Shown piece by piece: positions 18,854 through 27,037 of a stretch of DNA of 64,000 nt. Position numbers and translations under genes: made by a program. Each line of letters begins with the position of its first letter. Positions within the stretch are counted from its first letter, which is position 1. The notes under the pieces are model-generated. The model saw only the letters and a list, made by a program, of their open reading frames with translations. It was not told the origin of the DNA and did not search any database. Source of the DNA: an uncultured Clostridia bacterium (GTDB lineage Bacteria > Bacillota > Clostridia > Christensenellales > UBA1242); contig CALVTR010000006.1 in the NCBI GenBank assembly GCA_944362965.1, positions 27,855 through 91,854 on the forward strand. The letters run 5' to 3'.

Positions 18854-18905
18854 ATATTCCGCTCCTTCTCTGTCATCTTTCTTTATTGGCTATGGATTTT
18901 TAAAT

Positions 18906-19199
18906 TTAAGCTACAATCACTACATTTGAATAATTGTTAGCTATGTTTTGAAGGTCAACAACTTCAACTTCGTCATCTTCTGTGATATCTGTTTCAGTAT
19001 CAGCTTGCTCTTCATCATTTACTGTATCGTCAGTGTCATCAATAACTTCTTCAACTTCAGTTCCCCATGATTTCCACTCATCAACTAGTGAGCGGTCATT
19101 AACTGAAGCCATAACTAAAGAAGTCACAATGAAAACTAAAGCTACAAAAATGACAAAGCATACTATTGATGAGATTGCTATCTTTGTTTTTTTAGACAT
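18906..19199 (-). CDS. Small protein with an N-terminal signal/anchor and an acidic C-terminal part
   Basis: 97 aa: MSKKTKIAISSIVCFVIFVALVFIVTSLVMA, then a D/E/T-rich region. Confidence 0.5.
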   Translation of the reverse strand: MSKKTKIAISSIVCFVIFVALVFIVTSLVMASVNDRSLVDEWKSWGTEVEEVIDDTDDTVNDEEQADTETDITEDDEVEVVDLQNIANNYSNVVIVA

Positions 19200-19214
19200 T
19201 GCTCTTTGCTCCTT

Positions 19215-19466
19215 TTATTTAGATTTTTTCTTTTTGCAATTCGACTTATATGCTTTTGCATTGTCAGATCTTGCTGTTAGGTAACCGCTACGATATGCCT
19301 TTTGTGTGTCAGTTAAACGAATAGGTTTGCCATATTTATTTTTCTTGACAACATGATCATTGGTTGCATGAATACCTTTCTTAAGTTCTGCAGCATATTT
19401 GCGACCTTTTTCAGCAGGGTTTAACAAAGTTACTTTCTTACCACGTCTATTTGTTACAACTCTCAT
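19215..19466 (-). CDS. Small basic hypothetical protein
   Basis: 83 aa, K/R-rich. Overlaps the upstream ORF by 20 nt. Confidence 0.45.
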   Translation of the reverse strand: MRVVTNRRGKKVTLLNPAEKGRKYAAELKKGIHATNDHVVKKNKYGKPIRLTDTQKAYRSGYLTARSDNAKAYKSNCKKKKSK

Positions 19467-19686
19467 TTCTTACTCCTTTTAACCCATCGGCTACACCTTT
19501 ATCAAAAATTTGAATAAACTCATTTGCTGATATCAACATTTCAGTCCATTCGTTTTTGCAACGATAATAGACACGATAGGCAATATTAAAAGTATTAAGT
19601 GCGTTAATCTTAGGCTTTAACTCTTCAATGCCGTTGCACTCATAAATTTTGTTGTTCGACACAATCATAAACTCTTTTTCTTCCAT
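19447..19686 (-). CDS. Small hypothetical protein, first gene of the leftward operon
   Basis: 79 aa with an AAAGGAG RBS. Divergent from the XRE repressor gene. Confidence 0.45.
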   Translation of the reverse strand: MEEKEFMIVSNNKIYECNGIEELKPKINALNTFNIAYRVYYRCKNEWTEMLISANEFIQIFDKGVADGLKGVRNESCNK

Positions 19687-19700
19687 TTTAAACTCCTTTT

Positions 19701-19769
19701 TAGTTAATTTTTAACTATTCATACTTATATTATATTCAAATATAGAATAATGTCAACTAAATTTTAGTT
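19701..19769. promoter_or_regulatory. Candidate operator palindromes in the divergent switch region
   Basis: TAGTTAAtttTTAACTA (19701-19717) and AACTAAAtTTTAGTT (19755-19769), between the leftward operon and the XRE gene. Confidence 0.4.
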
Positions 19770-19825
19770 ACTTATTGAATATTTTTTAAAAAAATTTATA
19801 ATGTTATAAATAAAAGGAGTTAAAC

Positions 19826-20140
19826 ATGAAAATAAAAGAACTAAGACAACAATTAAACAAAACACAAGAAGAAATAGCAAAAATATTAAACATTTCACAA
19901 AGTAATTATAGCAAGTATGAACGAAATGAAATTGAGCCAGATATTAAAACACTAAAAAAAATAGCCGACTACTTTGACGTCAGCTTAGATTTCTTGTGCG
20001 GGAGACCAAGACCTTATGATTTACCTTCCACAACAACTTCAGGACAAAAAGAAGCAATAAATTTAATATTGCAACTAAATGAAATCAACACTATAAAAGC
20101 AATCTCATATTGTGCCGGGTTACTTGCAGGGCAAAACTAA
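19826..20140 (+). CDS. XRE-family helix-turn-helix repressor
   Basis: LRQQLNKTQEEIAKILNISQSNYSKYERNEIEPDIKTLKKIADYFDVSLDFLCG is a classic HTH_3 domain. Confidence 0.8.
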   Translation: MKIKELRQQLNKTQEEIAKILNISQSNYSKYERNEIEPDIKTLKKIADYFDVSLDFLCGRPRPYDLPSTTTSGQKEAINLILQLNEINTIKAISYCAGLLAGQN

Positions 20141-20309
20141 CTCGGCACTATAACTCATAATTTCTAATCAATCAAAAGAAAACTACTTAAAGGAGAAATT
20201 ATGAATAAAAAAATTATTGAAACTTTTTTAAAATATAAGCATTCAACAAAACAAACTACTAGAACAAGCAACAAATTGTAATATTGCAATAACAGAATTT
20301 TTAAAAGGC

Positions 20310-21362
20310 TTGATAGATTCTTCTGAAATAGATACTGAAATAAAAGGAGATATTTATCAAGATATGAAATATAAAGGACATAAAATTGAAAAACGAAAAG
20401 ACGGAAGATGGCAAGCACGAATAAGAGAAAACGGGAAACAACATTTTGTTTATGCAAAATCTCAAATTGAGTGCTTGAATAAATTAAAAGAATTATACAA
20501 AGACAAACCAAAACTTATAAAACCGCAAATGAAACTTTTTGAAGCTTGGGAATATTGGTATAACAAATATAAAAAACCCTTAATAAGAGAAGATACCTTA
20601 AAAAACATTCGTAGCGTTTTCAAAAATCAATTATCAATTCTTTTAGAAAATAAAAATTTAAAAGATATAAATTCATTAGATTTTAACCTTGCTATAAAAA
20701 AAATAAATAAACCTAGAATGAAAGAATATGCTTCACAATATATTAAAGATTTTTTAAAATCACTTTACAAAGAAAAACTAATCAAGTATGACATTACTGA
20801 TGAAATAAAATCATATCATAGCCCAAGAAAAGAAGGTAATTCACTCACAATCGAACAAAGAAAAATCTTAGTTGAAAAATCATATTTAATAGAAAACGGG
20901 GAGATGTTTAGATTTTATTTATTTTCAGGAGTCAGGCCAGCTGAAATATTTTTAATAAAAGATACTGATATTGAAAAAGAGTTTATACATATACCAGGAA
21001 CAAAAACGGAAAAATCAGATCGTTATATACCAAGATTTAAACAATTAGACGAAGTACTAGAGAAGTTGAAAGACATAAAAGGACCACTTTTCAAAATTAG
21101 CGAAACAACTAGAAAAAGACGAATTTATGAATTAAGACAATTATGCGGTTTTCACTTTAATGTGAAAGATTTACGAACAACATTTGCAACAATGTGTGCA
21201 GAGAATGGAGTTCAACAAAATGTTATTGCAAAATGGCTAGGACATACTAACGTTACAACTACAAATAAATATTATATTAAAGTTCTAAATGACTATGAGC
21301 GAGAGCAAATAAAGAATTTAGAACATAAAATTGACTCTCAAATTGACTCTCAAAACTGCTAA
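20310..21362 (+). CDS. int: Tyrosine-type site-specific integrase
   Basis: N-terminal arm-binding-like KRKDGRWQARIRENGKQ. Catalytic region has GVRPAE (Arg), DLRTTFAT (Arg), WLGHTNVTTTNKYY (His, Tyr). Start is uncertain: TTG 20310 or ATG 20367. Confidence 0.85.
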   Translation: MIDSSEIDTEIKGDIYQDMKYKGHKIEKRKDGRWQARIRENGKQHFVYAKSQIECLNKLKELYKDKPKLIKPQMKLFEAWEYWYNKYKKPLIREDTLKNIRSVFKNQLSILLENKNLKDINSLDFNLAIKKINKPRMKEYASQYIKDFLKSLYKEKLIKYDITDEIKSYHSPRKEGNSLTIEQRKILVEKSYLIENGEMFRFYLFSGVRPAEIFLIKDTDIEKEFIHIPGTKTEKSDRYIPRFKQLDEVLEKLKDIKGPLFKISETTRKRRIYELRQLCGFHFNVKDLRTTFATMCAENGVQQNVIAKWLGHTNVTTTNKYYIKVLNDYEREQIKNLEHKIDSQIDSQNC

Positions 21363-21453
21363 AAAACGGGGAAATGGCAAAAATAAAACACTATATAAAG
21401 TGTCTTTAAATTTAAAAATACTTATATATAGTGTTTTTGCCATTAAAACCGCT

Positions 21454-21498
21454 CTCATAACCCGAAGGTCGTTGGTTCAAATCCAACTCCCGCAACCA
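21454..21498 (+). repeat. attR core (displaced original 3' part of tRNA-fMet)
   Basis: 45 nt identical to 10611-10655. Confidence 0.85.
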
Positions 21499-21892
21499 TG
21501 AAAAAGGTTGGGCAATATGCCCAACTTTTTTATTGTGGCAAAAAAGTTAATTTACGACCTTCGGGTTATATCGAGCATTTTAAATTTTTTTTTCATAAGA
21601 ATAAATAAACAAAAAGCACGGCTGAATAAATAGACAAAATAGACGCGAGATATAATCTCGTTTTCGGTCGTTGGTTCAAATCCAACTCCCGCAACCATAA
21701 AAAGTTGGGCGTTTTGCCCAGCTTTTTTATTGCGGCAAAAAAGTTAATTTACGACCTTCGGGTTATATCGAGCATTTTAAATTTTTTTCATAAGAATAAA
21801 TAAACAAAAAGCACGGCTGAATAAATAGACAAAATAGACGCGAGATATAATCTCGTTTTCGGTCGTTGGTTCAAATCCAACTCCCGCAACCA
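21499..21892 (+). repeat. Two ~195-bp tandem units, each ending in a 32-nt tRNA-fMet 3'-end fragment
   Basis: GGTCGTTGGTTCAAATCCAACTCCCGCAACCA at 21666-21697 and 21861-21892. Each unit also holds a terminator-like hairpin and an inverted anticodon-arm fragment TTACGACCTTCGGGTTAT (21552-69, 21749-66). Confidence 0.8.
21507..21531 (+). terminator. Displaced native tRNA terminator
   Basis: GTTGGGC-aatat-GCCCAAC followed by T6, immediately after the attR tRNA fragment. Confidence 0.6.
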
Positions 21893-21958
21893 TAAAAAGT
21901 TGGGCGTTTTGCCCAGCTTTTTTATTTAATAAAAAGCGGACTTGTATAGCCCGCCTAT

Positions 21959-23776
21959 TTAATCTAAGTTTTCGGCATAGAACATATTTTTAAATTTAAC
22001 ATTGTTTTCAAATAGCTCGTCAAAGGTGCCAATGTCTTCAATTTTTCCGCCATCAAGGAAGAATATTCTATCAACATTACGTATTGTTGAAAGTCTGTGT
22101 GCAACTATAACAATAGTGCTTTTACCTTTCATCTGGTCAATGCTGTGTTTAATATCTTCCTGAGCAAAGTTGTCAAGCGAGCTTGTTGATTCGTCAAATA
22201 TGATGATAGGTGAGTTTCTAAGAAAAGCCCTAGCAATCGCAAGACGTTGTTTTTGTCCGCCTGAAAGCTTGATGCCGCTTTCTCCAACTTTTGTGTCAAT
22301 CTTCTTAGGCAGCGAATCAATAAACTCTTTTAAAGAAGCTTTTTCAATAGCCTGATAGATTTCTTCGTCAGTCGCGTCATTCTTTGCGAGGAGCAAGTTT
22401 TCCTTTATTGTCATATCAAATATGTAAGGGAATTGATTGACGAGTGATATGTTGCTTCTTAAAGATTCTTTGTCAAGGTCGTTGATGTTTATTCCATCAA
22501 TAAGCACTTCGCCATCACTGACAACATACATTTTGCTCATCAAATTTAAAATTGTAGACTTCCCAGAACCTGATTTGCCAACAAAAGCTACAGTGGTATT
22601 AGGCTGAATCTTAAAAGAAAGGTTGTCAAAAATCTTATTGACAGAAAGCACTTTTTTCTTTAGTTTCAACCTGTCTTTTTTCTTAAGTTTTAAGTTGTTT
22701 TCGTCATTGTAAGGGTTATCGTATTCAACATAGCTATAGCCCACATTTCTAAATTCAATCTCGCCCTTAACATTTTCTAGTTTCACATTGCCAAACTTTT
22801 CACATTCAAAGATTTCATCGTTAAATATTGAGAACATTCTATCACAACAAACTCTGATATTTGTAATTGTCGATGCAATATCTCCAAAGCACCATACAAG
22901 TCCACGTAAACTTGAATTGTTTGAATAGATAATCATAAAAGTTGCAAGGGTGATAAGCCCAATATCAATAAAATACACACCTAAGATAAGAAGCAAAGCA
23001 CCACCAATTTCAATAATGATATTGCGTAAAGTGTAGTAATTCATATTTGTGTTTTCGGTTCTAGCATTAGCAGTGGTGTAGTCACTATAATATTCTTTAG
23101 AAAATTTTGTTAAAGCAGGTTCAAGACCAAGCGCTTTAATATCCTGTTCACTTCTAACAATTTCAGTTGTTAGGGATTGAATTTTGTCGCTCTTTTTTCT
23201 AATAAGTTTATAACTCTTGTTTAAAAATTTATTTCTATAAAATTCTAAAATAGTGCATACAATCACAATAGCCATAATTGCAAGCCCAATATATAGATTT
23301 AAGGTTGCAATGTATATAACCATAATAAGAGAAGAAATGATTTCAGAAACAAGGTCAACAATATTTGAAAGTTGAGACACAATTCTCTCAGGGTCGTTTA
23401 CAATTCTTTGGACAAATGTGCCAGTATCGTGGTCGGCATAAGTTTTAGAGCTAAGTTTAAATGCCTGTGACGCAAGGTTGATATTAAGGTCAGACATGAT
23501 GCGGTTTGCATATTTGTTATAGAGCCTACCAGAGATATACCAAGCAATTCTTCTTAAAAGATAAAGTCCTGCACCTATAGATAAACTGATAATTGCATGA
23601 TAAAATTCACTAAGGGTGATTTGTTCAATAGCTTCTGCCAAAATTATAGTCATAAAAATGTTGCAAGCACTAGCAACTATGTAAACAAAAAGATACATAA
23701 TTATGCCAAATTTGTAATTCTTTAGATAGTGCCAAATATTTATTTTATTTTTGTTTTCGTTTTTAATTTTTTTCAT
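21959..23776 (-). CDS. ABC transporter, fused permease/ATP-binding exporter (MsbA/multidrug type)
   Basis: Six-TM N-terminal domain, GKSGSGKST (Walker A), LSGGQKQRLAIARA (signature), IIIFDESTSSLD (Walker B). I prefer start ATG 23776 with a GGAGG RBS. Confidence 0.85.
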   Translation of the reverse strand: MKKIKNENKNKINIWHYLKNYKFGIIMYLFVYIVASACNIFMTIILAEAIEQITLSEFYHAIISLSIGAGLYLLRRIAWYISGRLYNKYANRIMSDLNINLASQAFKLSSKTYADHDTGTFVQRIVNDPERIVSQLSNIVDLVSEIISSLIMVIYIATLNLYIGLAIMAIVIVCTILEFYRNKFLNKSYKLIRKKSDKIQSLTTEIVRSEQDIKALGLEPALTKFSKEYYSDYTTANARTENTNMNYYTLRNIIIEIGGALLLILGVYFIDIGLITLATFMIIYSNNSSLRGLVWCFGDIASTITNIRVCCDRMFSIFNDEIFECEKFGNVKLENVKGEIEFRNVGYSYVEYDNPYNDENNLKLKKKDRLKLKKKVLSVNKIFDNLSFKIQPNTTVAFVGKSGSGKSTILNLMSKMYVVSDGEVLIDGININDLDKESLRSNISLVNQFPYIFDMTIKENLLLAKNDATDEEIYQAIEKASLKEFIDSLPKKIDTKVGESGIKLSGGQKQRLAIARAFLRNSPIIIFDESTSSLDNFAQEDIKHSIDQMKGKSTIVIVAHRLSTIRNVDRIFFLDGGKIEDIGTFDELFENNVKFKNMFYAENLD

Positions 23777-24265
23777 AAAAAACCTCCGTATAATAGTTTG
23801 CATACGAAGGCTTTCACTCTGCATAAAACTTCGTGCGTCAACTTTGTTTTTTATTTACACTTGACGACAGTAAGTGGATAATCCACAGTTTTTAATGCAA
23901 TATGATATTTGTTTGTTTTTTAAATATTATTTTGCAAAACAAGAACCATTCGCATGGCTAACATTATTATTAAATTTGTTTGTTTTAATTAAGAAATTGA
24001 TTATTATCATTTTGAATAGTTCTCCTTTTGTTAAAATATTTTATTTCAATCGACAGCATTATGATAAAACATTTTTGTTTTGATGTCAATACTTTTTTAA
24101 AGTTTTTTATAAAAATTTTTTAAAATAGATAAAAATAAACCAAAAATATTTTTCATATAATAAATAAAAAGACGAGTTTTTTCTCGCCTTTATATTTTAT
24201 AAGAATTTTAATTTTTAATTAAATTAATTTAGCACAAATCTATACTTAAATAGTCTATTTCATCA

Positions 24266-24697
24266 TCATCCTGTTTTTTTTTGAGGTTTATTATTGCTAA
24301 AATGAAACAAAGGTATCCATAGAAAAGAACCCATTACAAGACTTAATCCATATGCACCTAAGACATAATAAGTATTTTCTAGATTTTCAGAATTTTCATA
24401 GCTGAACCTTAGTGGTAACGAAGAAGATTTTAAAACAGCCACAGCATTTTCGTCAGACAATGTTTCATTCAATTTTAAAAAATATTCGGCGTCATTTATT
24501 TGCCCAGAACTAAGTTGTTGCTCTAAATCTTTTTGCTCATTTGAAACACTTTCAATATATGTGTCAGTTGTCTTAAAATCACCTAAGATTTCATCTTGAT
24601 TGTTATTTTCAACCGATGAAAGTGGAAAAAACGATACAGCCAATGCACCGCCAGCAGCAAGAACACAAATAGCAACCATAACATTACTTTTAATCAT
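24266..24697 (-). CDS. Hypothetical membrane protein
   Basis: 143 aa with N- and C-terminal TM segments. Confidence 0.45.
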   Translation of the reverse strand: MIKSNVMVAICVLAAGGALAVSFFPLSSVENNNQDEILGDFKTTDTYIESVSNEQKDLEQQLSSGQINDAEYFLKLNETLSDENAVAVLKSSSLPLRFSYENSENLENTYYVLGAYGLSLVMGSFLWIPLFHFSNNKPQKKTG

Positions 24698-24771
24698 AAT
24701 TTTCTCCCTATGTCACAATTATAGCACAAAATTTATGTTTGTCAAGGTTAAATAATTATTTCAAGCTATAT

Positions 24772-26784
24772 TTACTCTTGTCCGTTTTTCTTTGCCATTT
24801 CGTCAAGCTGAGATTGATGACGTTTAAAGAAATCTTCTCTTGGCTTTAAAGCTTTGATTTTTCTATTTTTCTTTTTGTCAAGCACCCCTTCAAAGCTGCC
24901 AAAAATATAATTCCAATCAAAGCACTTGTCTTTGTCAAAAACAATATAGTCAGCCACATTCTCAGTGCCACTTGGTGCAATAGGGTGAAGAAGGGTGTTT
25001 GCCACAAAAATCATTTGCATAGTGTTGACAGTTAGATGCGCAAGTTTTTCTTCTGTCACACAATTATTTATATCTTTAACCCAATATTTGTTTATATTTC
25101 TAATAAACACATCAAGAGCATTGTATACTTGGTGGAACTTTTTGTCGAACATAAATTTTTCCACGTTAAGCACCACTTTTTTGCATTCGTCCATTGTGCT
25201 TGCATCAATCGCAGACTCTGGAAGCACTCCGTCAAAATGACTTTGTGTTGAATAGAACACCGTTCTTAAAATTCTATTATAAACATTTGTAAGAAGGTTG
25301 CCTTCCTTGACAACAGGGTCAATTTCATCATCATTTGCGTCAGGGTCAAACGCCTTAGGTGAAAGTGAAACGTTGTTGTTGACAAGATTCATTGCTAAAA
25401 AGTGCATACGAATTTGCTCAGCAGTGTAATGCTCCAAAAATTCACTTGCCATAGGCGGTTTAACTGCACCAGAAGAACTTGCCTTTTTATTCATATAAAG
25501 AATAGATTTGATTGGGTTGATTTTTGTAAGACGAAGCTCACCATTTTCTGGGTCAAGCACAGGGTTTTTGCCTTGTGTATAAAGCCACATAGCCTGTTGT
25601 GCAGGACCATAGAAATAAATGTTGTCTTCACCTAAGAATTGATAAACCTGTCCATCTCGGTCACACCAATATTTTTTCCATTCATCTTCATCTTTACCAA
25701 TGCTTTCAAGGTATGTCTTAGTGAAGGTGATAGGAGCCCATAAACTTTCAGGCCAAACATAGAAGGTCTGGTCTTTCACACCATCAATTTCAGGGCATGG
25801 CACGCCCCAATCAATATTGCCTGTAAGACGGAAAGGTGTAAGCGTCTTTCCTGTTCTATATCTGATGTTGTTTTGTGCAAGAATTTCGCAAGCTTTTTCA
25901 CGGTCTTCAAGCTTGTCAAAAACAATGGTCATAGAAGGCGCTTTTTCATTTCTGTCAAGCTCAACAAAATGCGGTAAACTATCCTTTATCTTATTAAAAT
26001 CTTCAAAGAACTCACGTTTGATATAAACTTCTGGCTTTTTGAAAAATTCTCTAATTTCTTTAACCATAAACGGAGCAGTATCACTTTTTCTGTCAATAGA
26101 ATCGATCCACTGCGTAAGGATGTCAGTGCATTTTTCAAGGTCAAAATATAGGTTTTCAATCTTAACAAGCTTTGGCTTTTTGCCGCTAAGCGTGCTGATA
26201 GGGTCAATTAAGTCCTGTGGAAGATATTGATGCCCAAGGTCACATTCATCAGCATAACCTTTTTCGCTTTGACAATTTTCAATAGGGCACTTGCCTATAA
26301 CCTGTCGTCCGTTAAGTAGACACTTATTTTCTTCATCATAGAATTGAAGTGAAGAGTGCTTAGACACCATTCCATTTTCATAAAGTTTTTCAATAAACCA
26401 CTTGCTAACATCTTTGTGAATTTCACCAGCACGCCCAAGAGCAGATGCCCCATAAAGATTGAAGCCAATTTCAAACTTTTCCAAGATGTCCTTTTGTTTG
26501 TTGTGATTTTCTGTGATGAAGTCAACAAGAGTTTTGTCTTTCCACTCGCCATTTTCTTGAAGTTTACGGAAGGCTTCCACAGCAGGTGAGCCATAGCAGT
26601 CCGTTCCTGAAACAAAAATCACGTTTTCTTTGCCAATTCTATCACGCATAAAGCGGGCAAAAACGTCGGCACGCAGTATCATGCCAAGATGCCCAAAATG
26701 AATAAGCTTGTTTCCATAAGGCATACCTGATGTTATAACGGCACGCTTAGGAAATTCTGGTCTAGGTCTTACAAAATCGTTCAT
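24772..26784 (-). CDS. metG: Methionine--tRNA ligase (class I aaRS), atypical KMSKS
   Basis: PYGNKLIHFGHL (HIGH-type), GTDCYGSP, Cys-knuckle CPIENC...ECDLGH, DWGVPCP...FYVWPES. The KMSKS position reads KASSSG. Confidence 0.65.
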   Translation of the reverse strand: MNDFVRPRPEFPKRAVITSGMPYGNKLIHFGHLGMILRADVFARFMRDRIGKENVIFVSGTDCYGSPAVEAFRKLQENGEWKDKTLVDFITENHNKQKDILEKFEIGFNLYGASALGRAGEIHKDVSKWFIEKLYENGMVSKHSSLQFYDEENKCLLNGRQVIGKCPIENCQSEKGYADECDLGHQYLPQDLIDPISTLSGKKPKLVKIENLYFDLEKCTDILTQWIDSIDRKSDTAPFMVKEIREFFKKPEVYIKREFFEDFNKIKDSLPHFVELDRNEKAPSMTIVFDKLEDREKACEILAQNNIRYRTGKTLTPFRLTGNIDWGVPCPEIDGVKDQTFYVWPESLWAPITFTKTYLESIGKDEDEWKKYWCDRDGQVYQFLGEDNIYFYGPAQQAMWLYTQGKNPVLDPENGELRLTKINPIKSILYMNKKASSSGAVKPPMASEFLEHYTAEQIRMHFLAMNLVNNNVSLSPKAFDPDANDDEIDPVVKEGNLLTNVYNRILRTVFYSTQSHFDGVLPESAIDASTMDECKKVVLNVEKFMFDKKFHQVYNALDVFIRNINKYWVKDINNCVTEEKLAHLTVNTMQMIFVANTLLHPIAPSGTENVADYIVFDKDKCFDWNYIFGSFEGVLDKKKNRKIKALKPREDFFKRHQSQLDEMAKKNGQE

Positions 26785-26856
26785 AATTTTCTCCTAAAAT
26801 TTCAAAATAATTATTTTTTTAATTTGAATTATTTTTAATTTAATTTTTTTAATAGA

Positions 26857-26907
26857 TTTTTTATTTTTAATAATTTTTTATTTTTAATAATTTTTTATTT
26901 TTAATAT
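26857..26907. repeat. AT-only 17-bp tandem repeat, about three copies
   Basis: TTTTTTATTTTTAATAA at 26857-73 and 26874-90, with a degenerate third copy at 26891-907, inside a ~250-bp almost GC-free spacer between sigH and metG. Confidence 0.6.
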
Positions 26908-27037
26908 TTTTAATTATTAAATTTAACTTTTTATTTCTTTTTTAGTTATTACATATATTTTTTTATTTTTATAGTTTTCTAACATTTTTAATATTTATTT
27001 TTTATTTATTTTTTTGAATTTTTTTTAAATATAATTT

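Larger units (their letters stand above)
10611..21498. mobile_element. Integrated temperate element (putative ssDNA phage or integrative plasmid) in the tRNA-fMet 3' end: CRESS-type Rep, Zot-like ATPase, surface-protein module, XRE repressor, tyrosine integrase
   Basis: Bounded by identical 45-bp direct repeats (10611-10655 and 21454-21498) equal to the tRNA 3' portion. Integrase sits next to the right repeat. Fifteen co-directional, tightly packed minus-strand ORFs. Confidence 0.85.

Noticed and set aside
20164-20511. 115-aa minus-strand ORF overlapping the integrase 5' region
   Set aside because: It is hydrophobic low-complexity antisense translation that overlaps the better-supported int gene and a small RBS-bearing plus-strand ORF.
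21499-21892. Possible CRISPR array or other spacer-repeat locus
   Set aside because: The whole ~195-bp units are near-identical, with no unique spacers. The repeats are tRNA fragments, and no cas genes occur in the window.
26790-27037. Almost GC-free 250-bp spacer with 17-bp tandem repeats, considered as a regulatory RNA or T-box upstream of metG
   Set aside because: No specifier or T-box sequence, no conserved stems and no GC content to support a riboswitch fold. It is most simply curved AT-rich promoter or UP-element DNA. I kept it only as a repeat feature.
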